NCBI GenBank assembly: GCA_963664195.1 | Contig: OY760907.1 | Location: 1,088,001-1,152,000 of the forward strand | DNA length: 64,000 bases | Direction of reading: 5' to 3' | Source: an uncultured candidate division Zixibacteria bacterium | GTDB lineage: Bacteria; Zixibacteria; MSB-5A5; GN15; FEB-12 | In this document: piece by piece, positions 18,526-29,297 of the stretch | Layout of the letters: each line of letters opens with the position of its first letter | How positions within the stretch are numbered: position 1 is the stretch's first letter | Notes under the pieces: model-generated | Seen by the model: the letters and a program-made list of their open reading frames with translations, nothing else | Database searches by the model: none | Told to the model about the DNA's origin: nothing | Translations under genes and position numbers: made by a program

Positions 18526-21500
18526 TTGATGACTTTACGCACGAAAGTGCTCCTCACACTCGTAGTCACAATACTGGTCTTCAGTGTTCTGGGAATCGGC
18601 ATAGTGGACAAGCTCGTCTATTCCAGTTTTGCCGAATTGGAGCATGAACAGGCCCACCGTGAGCTGCTTCAGTGCAGACAGGCAATTGACGCCGACCTGG
18701 CTCTACTTGACGGTACTTGTTCTGGCTGGTCATCCTGGGACGACTCTTACGAGTTCGTCAAGAACCCGGACCGGGCGTACATCGACATCAACCTGGTCCC
18801 CGAAACGTTTACCAAGAACAACCTCAACCTGATTGCCATATACGACTCTGAAGGCCGGTCAATCTGGTGCAAGATGACTGATCCGGAAACGGACAGCACC
18901 ATCAACGTTGTTGGCCTGAGCCCCGAGGCTATTGCGTCAAGATGTCGGTTTGGAACCCGTGATTCGATGGACTCCACGAAATGGGATATCGGAATCTCCG
19001 GACTCCTGCAATCGAGCCACGGGGCTCTGCTTGTGGCGGCGCGACCAATCCTGACGTCCTCGTTCACCGGACCCTCCCGCGGATACTTCGTCATGGGTCG
19101 GTTTGTCAGCAAAGAGGCTATTCATAAGAGGTCGACACATGACGACGCGACACTCGCCATTTATCCGTTGGCGGAATCACCGCTGCCAGCCGAGGAAGAG
19201 GAGGCGCTGACACGCCTGACTTCGGTGACAAAAAAGTGTACTCTGAGACAGACAGACGAGATCACCACGTGCTACGCCGTCTACCCCGACATCGACGGCA
19301 ATCCCGGTCTCTTGATCAGGGCGGACCTGCCGCGAACAACCACCATGAAAGGAACTGTGCTGACCAAGCTTGCCTGGGGGGCCATTGTCCTTGTCGGACT
19401 GGTGTGTCTCACGGTACTCTCGATAATGCTCCGGCATCTCGTGCTGAAACCCATTGCCAGTCTAACCGAACACGTAATCACACTTGGAAAGCCGGATGCC
19501 CTGCCGATGGAGTACGAACCTTCATCGAACGATGAAATCGGTTGTCTCGGTTTGGAGTTCAACCAAATGGCCTCGCGTTTGTCCGAAACGCTGAGTGAGC
19601 TGACACATCGAACCGAGGAGCTGAAGCTCGCCAATTCGCAACTGGGCGACGACATTCTCGCCAAGCACAAGCGAGAGCAGGAGCTAAAGATCAGCAAGAC
19701 CAAGCTCGAGCGGGCCATGGAAGTTGCCCGGCTCGGCACCTGGGAAATGGACATCTCGACTCGAATGCTCCACGGATCGGCGGAACTCTTCAGGATTTTC
19801 GGCCTGCCCGAGGACTCCCCTTCGCTACCCGCAGAAGACGCTCTGTCAATGGTCCTCAAAGATGATGCTCCGGCGATGTTGGCCGGACTGGAACGTCTTA
19901 TCGTAGAGGGCGTGGCGTTGAATGACGAGTTTCTGTTTGAGAAGCCGGACGGCGAAGTTGGCCTGTTCCATACCACCGCTAATCTAATCACAGACGACAA
20001 CGGCATCCCGGTCAGGGTGGCCGGGGTCATCCAGGACGTCACCGCAAGAAGCCTTGCCCAACAGGAGCTCAAGGACAGCGAGGAGCGTCTCAAGACCGTG
20101 CTGGACTCTCTCAATGCCGGGGTGGTGATAATCGACGCCAAGACTCATCAGGTGTTTGATCTCAACGAAGCGGCTACGCGGATGCTCGGTCTCTCTCGCG
20201 AACAGATAACGGGCAAGCTATGCCACAAGTTTATCTGCCCCGCCGAGGCCGGCAGGTGCCCGATCACTGATCTGGGCAAGCGAGTTGACAGTGCGGAGCG
20301 GGAGATGGTCTCTGCCGATGGCACGCACATACCTATTCTGAAAACGGTTACGCCAATAACTTTTTCCGGCAGGGACTACCTGCTGGAGACATTCGTAGAT
20401 ATTACTGAACGTAAGCGCGACCAGGAGCTGCGAGAGCAACTGCAGGAGAAACTCGAACGCGCCCAACGCATGGAGTCACTGGGCATCCTCGCCGGTGGTG
20501 TCGCTCACGACCTCAACAACATGCTGGGGCCGCTTGTCGGCTATCCGGAACTCATGCTCATGAAACTTCCCGAAGACAGTCCCATGCGCAAACAGGTGGA
20601 GCGAATGGAACGCTCGGCCAAGGACGCGGCGGAAGTCATTCAGGATCTGCTCACCCTGGCGCGCCGCGGACGATACAACATGGCCCCAACCGACATCAAC
20701 GACATTGTCCGGAACTACATTGATTCGCCCGGATACGAAAGGCTCGTGAAAAGCCGCGAGGATGTACGTGTCGAGTTGTCGCTCGATGACCATCTATCCG
20801 GTATTTCCGGCTCGGCACCACACTTGAGCAAAGTGGTTATGAACCTGATTGTGAACGCGGCGGACGCAATGCCCGACGGCGGCACGATTACCGTGAAGAC
20901 CGACCAACTGGTGCTCAATAGACTGCTGAGCGGATACGATAAGATTGAGGCCGGAAAATACGTGATCCTGCGGGTCAAGGATACCGGAACAGGAATCGCC
21001 GCAGAAGATATTGAAAAGATTTTTGAACCGTACTTCTCAAAGAAGGTCATGGGAACAAGCGGCAGCGGACTGGGCCTGTCGGTCGTATATGGCATCGTCA
21101 AGGATCATAAGGGGTACTACGATATCTTCTCCGAATTGGGCGAAGGTACTGAATTCGTACTGTACTTCCCGATGTCTGAAGAAGAAGCCGAGAAGCACGA
21201 CCCATCCCGAAACCAACTGTGGGGCACCGAGCGCATACTGGTTGTAGACGACGTTAAGGAGCAGCGCGAAGTTGCCCGGGCCCTGCTGTCAAGTCTCGGC
21301 TACAGAGTAGCCACGGTGGGTACTGGCGCGAAGGCTGTCAGCCATATCACTGACAACGAGGTTGATCTCGTCTTGCTGGACATGATTCTCGACGACGAAT
21401 GCGACGGCCTTGATACGTTCCGTGAGATTCACTCGATACGGCCGGAGACAAGAGTCATAGTCGCCAGCGGATACTCGGCGACGGCACGAGTGGATGAGAT

Positions 21501-21624
21501 GCAACAGCTTGGGGCCGGTCAGTTCATCCGTAAACCGTACACGCGTGGAGTGTTGGCAAAAGCCGTCCGCGAGGCATTGAGCGGATCGGATGTCAGCGAG
21601 CCGGCATCGAGTCCGATTGCCTGA
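18526..21624 (+). CDS. Hybrid sensor histidine kinase (CHASE4-HAMP-PAS-PAS-HisKA-HATPase-REC)
   Basis: WSSWDDSYEF (CHASE4), DEIG.L..EFNQM (HAMP), AGGVAHDLNN (H-box), NL..NA.DAM, DTGTGI, GSGLGL, ILVVDD/LLD/KP receiver motifs. Confidence 0.92.
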   Translation: MMTLRTKVLLTLVVTILVFSVLGIGIVDKLVYSSFAELEHEQAHRELLQCRQAIDADLALLDGTCSGWSSWDDSYEFVKNPDRAYIDINLVPETFTKNNLNLIAIYDSEGRSIWCKMTDPETDSTINVVGLSPEAIASRCRFGTRDSMDSTKWDIGISGLLQSSHGALLVAARPILTSSFTGPSRGYFVMGRFVSKEAIHKRSTHDDATLAIYPLAESPLPAEEEEALTRLTSVTKKCTLRQTDEITTCYAVYPDIDGNPGLLIRADLPRTTTMKGTVLTKLAWGAIVLVGLVCLTVLSIMLRHLVLKPIASLTEHVITLGKPDALPMEYEPSSNDEIGCLGLEFNQMASRLSETLSELTHRTEELKLANSQLGDDILAKHKREQELKISKTKLERAMEVARLGTWEMDISTRMLHGSAELFRIFGLPEDSPSLPAEDALSMVLKDDAPAMLAGLERLIVEGVALNDEFLFEKPDGEVGLFHTTANLITDDNGIPVRVAGVIQDVTARSLAQQELKDSEERLKTVLDSLNAGVVIIDAKTHQVFDLNEAATRMLGLSREQITGKLCHKFICPAEAGRCPITDLGKRVDSAEREMVSADGTHIPILKTVTPITFSGRDYLLETFVDITERKRDQELREQLQEKLERAQRMESLGILAGGVAHDLNNMLGPLVGYPELMLMKLPEDSPMRKQVERMERSAKDAAEVIQDLLTLARRGRYNMAPTDINDIVRNYIDSPGYERLVKSREDVRVELSLDDHLSGISGSAPHLSKVVMNLIVNAADAMPDGGTITVKTDQLVLNRLLSGYDKIEAGKYVILRVKDTGTGIAAEDIEKIFEPYFSKKVMGTSGSGLGLSVVYGIVKDHKGYYDIFSELGEGTEFVLYFPMSEEEAEKHDPSRNQLWGTERILVVDDVKEQREVARALLSSLGYRVATVGTGAKAVSHITDNEVDLVLLDMILDDECDGLDTFREIHSIRPETRVIVASGYSATARVDEMQQLGAGQFIRKPYTRGVLAKAVREALSGSDVSEPASSPIA

Positions 21625-21678
21625 ACTTGGCCAACTCGACATTCAGTCGAATCATGGCCGTGCTTCACTTGACCCATA

Positions 21679-22284
21679 TCACCTGTACCGATAAACAACA
21701 GACGGTCGCAGCGTACTCACGGATGACTCGCGGGAATGGAACCTCTGTTCGCTGCCGTCGTCTGAAGTCAATATGATTCCACAGTCAGGTTTCCAATCGT
21801 TGTATACGGCCAGCACGTCAATTCTAAGCTGGTTGCCACTGACTTTCGAACTAGTATACGGCTGGCCCTCCGGAGTCGGCGCGTTGTTCCAGCAGATCGA
21901 GTGTTCATACCAAACTGTCTCCGACGCCTCGAAGGCACGAACCGAAATCGTTCGGCTTGTCTCCGAACCATCATAATGGAGGATCAGTGTCGCTGCGAGA
22001 AGTGAGGCGACATCAACCGAGTCCGGCAACGCTGGCAATTTGATAATGCTCCGGTAATCATATCGGAGACCGTTGTTGTAGAGCACGGTCACAACTTTCA
22101 ACCTGTCAGTCATACCATACGTACCGGCCGGGACATCACTCTGAATCCGAGCATCCTGTGCAATGGCAAGCGTATCGCCCTTAACGGGCTTAGAGTCATT
22201 GCCGTCAACAGGATTGTCTTCACCGCATCCTGTCGTCAGTACGGTGAACGCGAGTAGAACTGCGAGAAGAATGAGACAACGCAT
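21679..22284 (-). CDS. Lipoprotein with DNRLRE/CBM96-like beta-sandwich domain
   Basis: Lipobox TTGC; QDARI, AATLILH, W.E..I.WNNAP, IDV, FHSRE..RP pattern. Confidence 0.6.
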   Translation of the reverse strand: MRCLILLAVLLAFTVLTTGCGEDNPVDGNDSKPVKGDTLAIAQDARIQSDVPAGTYGMTDRLKVVTVLYNNGLRYDYRSIIKLPALPDSVDVASLLAATLILHYDGSETSRTISVRAFEASETVWYEHSICWNNAPTPEGQPYTSSKVSGNQLRIDVLAVYNDWKPDCGIILTSDDGSEQRFHSRESSVSTLRPSVVYRYR

Positions 22285-22452
22285 GTAAGTTCCTTTGCGC
22301 ACTAGCTCAAAGACCATCCGAATTGCTGTGATGGTACGAAACGCGGCTCGCGTTATCCATGATTATGACGGAGGACAGTTTCGATCTCGGTCAAAACATG
22401 CCGCAGAGGGTCGCGATCGCCTTGGGATCGCACGCTTCATTCGCCTCTCCGC

Positions 22453-23706
22453 CTAAAACCCCGTCAGACAGAACGGTTTTTCCGCGCAGGCAAAAGCGTC
22501 GTCGACCACGTTCGCCAATGAGTTATCAGAGATCGTCGCCAGCCCGTACCTCAACAGTGACTCGAACCGGACCGCCCCCAACACCATCGACGAGAACTCC
22601 GCGATATCAAGACCGATCTCACAGTCAGCATCGCCGCCGTCGGCAATCGATACCTTGCCACCCTTGAAACTCAGCAAGTACGATCCGGCGTTCTTCGGCC
22701 AGAAACTGTCCCTGATACTCAGCTTCAGTTTCAAATCCACACCACCGAAATCGTGACCCGTCAACGCCTCGAACAATCTTCGCAAGCTTAGCACCCGGTA
22801 CATGATGCCCACACCAGAGATATGGCTTTCGTGATTGACCGATGGAAAGATATTGCCCGAACCATTGGTGACATCACTCAGGGCGAAGTAGAAATCATCG
22901 TCGGGTGTACAGAGCACCACGCGATTGACCTGATCCAACTGTGCGTGCAAGAAAGACAGTAGCCCCAGCAATGCCTCGGACGACTCGTAGATCATCCAGG
23001 AGATTTCCATGTTGTTGTCGAGAAATCCTTCGGCCTTGCCAGTGGCGAACTCGTAGCAGAAAAAGCCTCGCAGTATGCCGTTCTGTTCGAATCCTACAAA
23101 CCGCGTTTTCTGTTGATTCTTGAAATACCGTTCCCAGAGAATCTCATGTTCATAAATCAAGCCGGTCCGGGTCGGGACGTAACGATTGTAGCAATCGTTC
23201 ATCGCCGTTACGTCATCGGCAGTGAGAAAACGCACCTTGTTCTTGTCACCGACACTCGGAAGGTCCTGCGGCTTGATGGCATACCGATGTGTCCTGGCAC
23301 CGAGTCCGAATCCCATTTTGCGATAGAAATCATGACGGAACGGCCAGAGTATCGCCAGCGGCGCCTGTTTCTTCTCGTAGTGATCCAGATAAAATTCCAT
23401 CAGCTCTTTGGCCACGTGCGCTTTCTTGTGAACCAGATCCACCGCGACATTGCCGACACCGCCGGCAAGCATTTTGACACCGTGCACGTTCATCTCAAAG
23501 TCATGGAGACGCATCAGACCGACCATTTTGTCGCCGGAAAACGCACAGTGGTATTGAACCCGCCTGTCATCGCCCACCTTGCGCAAACGTTCCTCGGTTT
23601 TCTTGCGGGCTTCTTCTGAGAAGATGCCGATACCGGGGTAGGCTTCGGCGACGATTCTGACCATTTCCGGATAGTCGTTTTCGTTCGGTTTTCTGATGTC
23701 GTACAC
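22453..23706 (-). CDS. Eis-like GNAT acetyltransferase (tandem GNAT plus SCP2-like C-terminus)
   Basis: GGVGNVAVD, LWPF...FYRKMGFG, L.IRDSFWPKNAG.Y; GTG start after AGGAG. Confidence 0.85.
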   Translation of the reverse strand: MYDIRKPNENDYPEMVRIVAEAYPGIGIFSEEARKKTEERLRKVGDDRRVQYHCAFSGDKMVGLMRLHDFEMNVHGVKMLAGGVGNVAVDLVHKKAHVAKELMEFYLDHYEKKQAPLAILWPFRHDFYRKMGFGLGARTHRYAIKPQDLPSVGDKNKVRFLTADDVTAMNDCYNRYVPTRTGLIYEHEILWERYFKNQQKTRFVGFEQNGILRGFFCYEFATGKAEGFLDNNMEISWMIYESSEALLGLLSFLHAQLDQVNRVVLCTPDDDFYFALSDVTNGSGNIFPSVNHESHISGVGIMYRVLSLRRLFEALTGHDFGGVDLKLKLSIRDSFWPKNAGSYLLSFKGGKVSIADGGDADCEIGLDIAEFSSMVLGAVRFESLLRYGLATISDNSLANVVDDAFACAEKPFCLTGF

Positions 23707-23728
23707 GCTTGTGACTCCTGGCAGAGAG

Positions 23729-24349
23729 TTAATCGTCATCGGAGATATACTGGAACACCGCATCAAGAGCGGAGACCGGTGGAAGAACGTGCTCCTCCAC
23801 CTTGGTCATTGTAAAGGTCACCGTGCCGGCTTCTTCCGTTGCACCGTTGAAACCGGTAATCCGATAGAAGAAAGTACCATCCAGCTTGTAGGTTTCGATC
23901 GGAATATCCACCTTGCCGAAATTGAACGACAAGTAATTGACGTCACGAGGAGTGTATCTGGAAGTATCGATCGGAACTGCAAACTGTTCTTCGGTCGGAT
24001 AGGGATAGATAAGTAACGAGTCCACACTCAGTCTTGACAGCGTGGTTTGAAGAAACCGATCGCCTTCAGCGCTCCGAAGCTCCGGGTCTGCCTGTGCAGG
24101 AGGAACCGCGTTCACAATCACCGATGTGTCATAGACTTTAAGTGAGGCCCAGTAACCGTGATCATAGACATCATATTTCTTGCCGAAGACATCCTTGAAT
24201 ACAACCAGGCGAGGAAACACACGGTACCTGTCGATGTAGATATCCTGGGAGTTACTCGCTGTCGCAAACATACGCGTATGAAACTGGGCGCAACCGGCCG
24301 CTGTCAGCGCAACCATAATCAGAATTCCGAAAAGCGCTTTCCATTGCAT
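23729..24349 (-). CDS. Hypothetical lipoprotein
   Basis: Signal peptide with lipobox AAGC; GGGGAG RBS. Confidence 0.7.
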   Translation of the reverse strand: MQWKALFGILIMVALTAAGCAQFHTRMFATASNSQDIYIDRYRVFPRLVVFKDVFGKKYDVYDHGYWASLKVYDTSVIVNAVPPAQADPELRSAEGDRFLQTTLSRLSVDSLLIYPYPTEEQFAVPIDTSRYTPRDVNYLSFNFGKVDIPIETYKLDGTFFYRITGFNGATEEAGTVTFTMTKVEEHVLPPVSALDAVFQYISDDD

Positions 24350-24444
24350 ATTCTCCCCTTTCTACACACGTGGTGAGGCGTCATACAACACCTCTTATGA
24401 TCTTTACGTCTGAACTGCCGGTCCTGTTTCAAGACCGTGGCTGA

Positions 24445-26022
24445 TTATCCCTTTGCTTCGTCTTCCTTGATTCCCGCAAGGATTTTTGAAACCGGCACAC
24501 TGCCCTCTTTCATATCCTTCATCTGCGGGAAAAAGAGTACGTCGCGAATATTGTGCTGATTGGTCAGGATCATAATCAATCGATCAATCCCAAACCCCAG
24601 CCCGCCCGTCGGCGGCATACCGTAGGCCAGCGCCGTGATGTAATCGTCATCAAGCGGCTGCGCTTCATCGTCGCCGGCGGCCAGCGCTTTGCCCTGCTGC
24701 AGGAAACGATCAAGCTGATCCATCGGATCGTTAAGCTCGCTGAATGCGTTGCCGCATTCGTGCCCCGCGATGAAGACCTCAAACCGTTCGGTCAGGCGCG
24801 GGTTGTCACGGTGCCTTTTCGCCAGAGGAGATATTTCCACCGGGAAGTCAGTGATGAACGTCGGCTGGATAAGCGTCGGTTCAACCTTCGCCTCCCAGAC
24901 TGCCTCGATTACTTTGCCCCAGTTGATCAGCTTGTCACCCTCGACACCAAGCTCCTTAGCTCTGGTCTTAGCCGATTCGTAATCCATATCTGTGAAGTCA
25001 ACCTCGGTTACTTCCGTAATGGAATCGATCATGGAAACCCAGCGGAACTTCGGCTCGAAATCAAGCTCGTGATCCTCATAGGTGACCTTGTATCCGCCGG
25101 TCAATTCCTTCACCGTGTGGCGAAGCAGGTTCTCGAACAGAGTCGCGATATCTTTGTAGTCCGCAAAAGCCCAGTACAACTCGATCATCGAGAATTCCGG
25201 ATTGTGCAGACGGTCCATGCCCTCGTTCCGGAAATCCTTGCAGAACTCCCAGACCTTATCGAATCCGCCCACGATCAGCCGTTTGAGATACAACTCGTCG
25301 GCGATCCTGAGATACATGGGTATGTCCAGCTTCTCATGGTGCGTTCTGAACGGCCTGGCGTTGCCACCACCGTAGAGCGGCTGAAGGATCGGCGTTTCGA
25401 CTTCGAGAAAACCTTCGTTATTGAGATAGTCACGAATCGTACGAATGACTTTCGTGCGCTGCGCAAACGTATCCCTCACTTCCGGATTGACAATCAGGTC
25501 GGCATAGCGACGGCGGTATCGCGTTTCCTTGTCGGTCAGGCCGCTGTGCTTGTCCGGGAGAGGGTGCAATGCCTTGGTGAGCAACTCGAGCGTGCTCACT
25601 TTAATTGTACGCTCGCCGGTACGGGTGACAAACAGAGTGCCCTCACAACCGATGATATCGCCGAGGTCGAGCATGTTGAACAGATCGAAGATCTCTTCAC
25701 CGACGTCGTTTTTGCGGACGTAGATCTGCATCCGGTCGCTGGAGTCGCGAAGATCGGCGAAAAAGACTTTGCCCATTTTCCGCTTGAGCATGATCCGCCC
25801 CGTGACCTTGATAACCGTTTCTTTCTCCGCCAGAGCGTCAAAATCGGCTTGGAGTTCCGAAATCAGATTAGTGCGGTCGAAGCTGTACGGATAGGCATTG
25901 ACGCCCATCTCTTTGAGTTGCGCGATTTTCTCGTAGCGTGTCTTTATGAGATCGGCCAGCGGGATTTGGATTTCCTCAGCGGCCGGTGTTTGTTCGTTCT
26001 GTGTCTTTTTCTTTTCACTCAT
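24445..26022 (-). CDS. lysS: Lysine--tRNA ligase (class II)
   Basis: RYRRRYADL, EVETP, YLRIADELYLKRLIVGG, FRNEG...HNPEF, GMPPTGGLGFGIDRL. Confidence 0.98.
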   Translation of the reverse strand: MSEKKKTQNEQTPAAEEIQIPLADLIKTRYEKIAQLKEMGVNAYPYSFDRTNLISELQADFDALAEKETVIKVTGRIMLKRKMGKVFFADLRDSSDRMQIYVRKNDVGEEIFDLFNMLDLGDIIGCEGTLFVTRTGERTIKVSTLELLTKALHPLPDKHSGLTDKETRYRRRYADLIVNPEVRDTFAQRTKVIRTIRDYLNNEGFLEVETPILQPLYGGGNARPFRTHHEKLDIPMYLRIADELYLKRLIVGGFDKVWEFCKDFRNEGMDRLHNPEFSMIELYWAFADYKDIATLFENLLRHTVKELTGGYKVTYEDHELDFEPKFRWVSMIDSITEVTEVDFTDMDYESAKTRAKELGVEGDKLINWGKVIEAVWEAKVEPTLIQPTFITDFPVEISPLAKRHRDNPRLTERFEVFIAGHECGNAFSELNDPMDQLDRFLQQGKALAAGDDEAQPLDDDYITALAYGMPPTGGLGFGIDRLIMILTNQHNIRDVLFFPQMKDMKEGSVPVSKILAGIKEDEAKG

Positions 26023-26100
26023 ATTGTTCTAATCACGGAGTTTTGTGTCAACCCCGGTGTCGCGTAGTTGCGATTCGGCCGGAGTCGATACCAGTGAGAT

Positions 26101-26613
26101 TCACTTACGTTTCTGAAATTTCTTGTTCAGGGCGGCCAGGACCGGTGCCGGGACCAAATCGGTGATGTCACCGTTGTGCGAGGCGACGTCTTTGATAATC
26201 GATGATGACAGGTACACCCATGACAGGGCCGGCATTAGAAATACGGTTTCCACCTCGCGGGCCAGTTTGCGGTTCATCAGCGCCATCTGGAATTCGTACT
26301 CGAAATCCGAAACCGCGCGAAGCCCTCGGACAATAGCGGTCGCGTTCTGCTCAACCACGAAATCAGCCAGGAGACCCTCGAATCCGACCACGATCAACTG
26401 CGAGCGGCACCGCAGGGCATCAGCCGACTGCTTCAAGTGATCCAGGCGCTCTTCAAACGAGAAGAGCGGGTTTTTGACATTGCTTAACGCCACAGCCACC
26501 ACCACCTCGTCGAAGAGATGACACGCTCGCTCTATGAGCGAAAGATGGCCGTTGGTCAGCGGATCGAAAGTACCGGGATACACTGCCCGATGCTTTTCCC
26601 TGTTATCAGTCAT
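26101..26613 (-). CDS. coaD: Phosphopantetheine adenylyltransferase
   Basis: YPGTFDPLTNGH, RGLRAVSDFEYE, SSS..K. Confidence 0.97.
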   Translation of the reverse strand: MTDNREKHRAVYPGTFDPLTNGHLSLIERACHLFDEVVVAVALSNVKNPLFSFEERLDHLKQSADALRCRSQLIVVGFEGLLADFVVEQNATAIVRGLRAVSDFEYEFQMALMNRKLAREVETVFLMPALSWVYLSSSIIKDVASHNGDITDLVPAPVLAALNKKFQKRK

Positions 26614-26700
26614 AGTCCCATTTCCGGTCTACGAAATTCATGCAGCATATTGAACGGGGAAAATAGGACGAAATCGAGCTATTGGCAAGAAACTATTGGA

Positions 26701-27549
26701 CTAACCGGCGGCCAGACCCAGCGCGACCAGAAAACGGATCGGATCCTCAACAGGTGCCGTCCCGGCCAGAGAACCGAGATAACCGTCGTGAATCCGGGGA
26801 GGCGTTACGTCAACATGGAAGTATTTCTCGAGCGTCTCGCAGAACTGTGAGTCAATCCCGTTGCCGGAAAAGACCAGCCCGGACAGAGGCAGACTGACAC
26901 CGTGATCGAGGAGCGCGGCGAGACGGAAATTGACCACGGTCTTCAGATCAATCGCCAGACGTCCCTTTTCCTCCGTCGCCGCAATACCCTGCCCGACACA
27001 AGGCAAAAAGGCGACATCGATCAGCCGCTGACGGTGCACCAGGCACATCGAGACGCCGTCTGAAGTCAGGTCTGCCAGGCAAAGCAGATCTCCCTCCTCC
27101 TGCCGACAGAACGCAAGGTATCCCCTGCCGAGAGCGATGGAGCGAAGCCGGTACTCAACCGACAGGTCATCCACGCCGCAGGATTGTTTGAGACGGGCAA
27201 GCAGCTCGCGACGGTACACCAGCCCAAGGTACCGGTTTTGTTCTTCGACCGCGTGGAAATCGAACTGGAACAGTTGTTCGTCTTCGAGCGACGATTGGGC
27301 CAGTTCGAACGACAGGCGCGTACGGAAATCGGATTGGTGGTTTCCGTTCAGACGAAGACGTTTGACTACCGCCTGATTATCCGGCACAGCGAGAGTCAGG
27401 TTCTCACATTCGAGTTGAGGATCGGCAGATTCTTCTGCGCCACGGCAAGTCAGCGACTTGATTATCAGTCGCCCGGAAACGTCCTCTACCACGGCGGTGT
27501 ACGTGAGTCCGGAGTGGTAATCAATGCCTGTATGATGGATGATACTCAA
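26701..27549 (-). CDS. Hypothetical protein, divergent PilM/GspL-like actin-fold
   Basis: N-terminal GID, LAVPD...VVKRL, L.DL, LVFSGNG, terminal ALGLA resemble PilM; ATGA overlap with the comEA-like gene. Confidence 0.5.
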   Translation of the reverse strand: MSIIHHTGIDYHSGLTYTAVVEDVSGRLIIKSLTCRGAEESADPQLECENLTLAVPDNQAVVKRLRLNGNHQSDFRTRLSFELAQSSLEDEQLFQFDFHAVEEQNRYLGLVYRRELLARLKQSCGVDDLSVEYRLRSIALGRGYLAFCRQEEGDLLCLADLTSDGVSMCLVHRQRLIDVAFLPCVGQGIAATEEKGRLAIDLKTVVNFRLAALLDHGVSLPLSGLVFSGNGIDSQFCETLEKYFHVDVTPPRIHDGYLGSLAGTAPVEDPIRFLVALGLAAG

Positions 27550-27926
27550 CGACGATTCACTTTCAAAAACGGCCGTATTCGCTCGTACAGTTTAGGGCCG
27601 ATACCGTGAACATTGGTGATGTCGATTTCTTCCTCAAACCGGTCGTGCTGGCGATAGGCGACAATCCTGTCGGCCAGTTTTCTGCCGATACCGTCGAGCA
27701 ACTCCAGCGAGTCGGCCGGAGCCGTGTTGGGATCAAGCGTGAAGACACCGGTGACGGGTTGCTCTGCCTCGCCGACAATGACGGGAAGCGATATTGCATC
27801 TTGAGTGGGGGTGGTCCAGGATTGAATGAAAAACACCAACGCCAGCAGGACTGCTGCGGCGCAGGAGACAATAAGAAAGCGAACCTGCCCGGCCGAGAAT
27901 TCAAAGAAACTGTTAACCTTACCCAT
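27546..27926 (-). CDS. ComEA-like helix-hairpin-helix DNA-binding membrane protein
   Basis: TM helix followed by DPNTA...LELLDGIG.KLA.RIV.YR...V.GIGPK. Confidence 0.85.
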   Translation of the reverse strand: MGKVNSFFEFSAGQVRFLIVSCAAAVLLALVFFIQSWTTPTQDAISLPVIVGEAEQPVTGVFTLDPNTAPADSLELLDGIGRKLADRIVAYRQHDRFEEEIDITNVHGIGPKLYERIRPFLKVNRR

Positions 27927-28011
27927 TGGCAATACTACTCCCCTGTGCGGGGGAATATACGCCAAACGGACGGGAAAGCAATCCCGCATTACGGGCGAGC
28001 CGCAATGCCGT

Positions 28012-28581
28012 TTACCGAAGGCCAGTCTGGTCAGCCGGTGTATCGCCCGGCAACGGCATAAGCCTGCCTTCATCGCGAATCAGCTCAGCCAGCTCTTCGG
28101 TCGACTGACCTGCTTTCAAAAGCCGCGCGGCCAGCTTCTTGCTGTAGATACCAAACAACGGCTGCACAGTGTCGGGACCTTTCTGATGATCGTTGTAACC
28201 GAGAAACATCTCGCCGTCGTACCGCCTCACCAGATCGACCGCCAGTTCCAGCGGAAACTCGGTGATGTCGGTCGAGCCGATAAACACGGCCTCTGAGTCC
28301 GACTTGGAGAGAGCCGCCCTGATGCCTGCCACGGCTCCATGGGTCGGTTCGTCGTCACAAATGTGCGGGTAATTCAAGTATCGTTCGGTGGCCTGCTCCT
28401 CTTTGAGGACCAGCGTCACCTTCTCGAAAACGGCGGCGTAGCGACGATACCCCTTTTCGATACGAGTGTAATCTCCCTCTCTCTGGAAATCCTCGGCAGC
28501 GTTGCTTTTTCCCCCGGCCAGAACAAAACAATCCATCTGGGTAAATCTGTTTTCCACGCGCTTCCTTTCACCTGAAGTCAT
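28012..28581 (-). CDS. Degenerate MobA-like NTP transferase
   Basis: VLAGGKS, G.VAGI..AL, QPLFGIY; lacks the SRMGxDK loop and the C-terminal NxNT motif. Confidence 0.65.
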   Translation of the reverse strand: MTSGERKRVENRFTQMDCFVLAGGKSNAAEDFQREGDYTRIEKGYRRYAAVFEKVTLVLKEEQATERYLNYPHICDDEPTHGAVAGIRAALSKSDSEAVFIGSTDITEFPLELAVDLVRRYDGEMFLGYNDHQKGPDTVQPLFGIYSKKLAARLLKAGQSTEELAELIRDEGRLMPLPGDTPADQTGLR

Positions 28582-28801
28582 AGGATTCCGTCCTTACGTG
28601 GTGGCCGAAAAACATCGGATGTTATACGGGAGGGCTTTCCGGATACCGGAGATAAAATAAACGACCAAAGTTGTTACAAATCAACCAGAAATATCGTTAC
28701 GATATTAGAAAAATCGTAATAGGATGTGATACAGGGGGTTGCAGAGTATGGCCGCCGCCGTGCGTTTTCGTTCGGTCCAACTCCGAATATCGGCTTATCA
28801 C

Positions 28802-28828
28802 CGGGCACACTGTCGTGTGCCGCGCACG
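28802..28828 (-). repeat. Single REP-like element
   Basis: CGGGCACACtgtCGTGTGCCGCGCACG; same family as 1349-1378 and 30133-30160. Confidence 0.75.
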
Positions 28829-28852
28829 GACACTATTAGTAGAAAGTAACTC

Positions 28853-29194
28853 TTATCTGTACGTCGAGCGCTTGTTCAACTCGGACTGCACGATCAGCCA
28901 CACGGCCGGCGAGAAGAAAATCCACAGCAGCCAGAGAATCCAGCGATTGAAACGATCCGGGCTGATCTGCTCATACATCTCGCCGTGCCGGTACATAGAG
29001 TACAAGCCGGCGAAAGGAATGAACAAAAGAATAGTCAGAATAGCAGGGTCCACGCGGTAATCACCTGACAACTGCTCCATTTCCACGCAGGTCTGATAAA
29101 ACCAGTATATGGAATAGAAACCGAAAGTGACGATCATCAAGATGATCTGCAGGATCATATCGCGATATTTCACTTGTGGTTGAGGCTGTTGCAT
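28853..29194 (-). CDS. Small membrane protein, DUF4234-like
   Basis: IVTFGFYSIYWFY...E and Q.ELN motifs; three hydrophobic segments. Confidence 0.7.
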   Translation of the reverse strand: MQQPQPQVKYRDMILQIILMIVTFGFYSIYWFYQTCVEMEQLSGDYRVDPAILTILLFIPFAGLYSMYRHGEMYEQISPDRFNRWILWLLWIFFSPAVWLIVQSELNKRSTYR

Positions 29195-29297
29195 AGTCGA
29201 CCTTTCTTCAGTCCAGGACATACCGTTGGCATTCTGTCATTATACCCGTTGATTGGGGTACTTATTCGACCGGTCATCGAACAAGAAAGTTGCGATG

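Noticed and set aside
24553..26067. 504-aa + strand ORF
   Set aside because: Antisense shadow of lysS.
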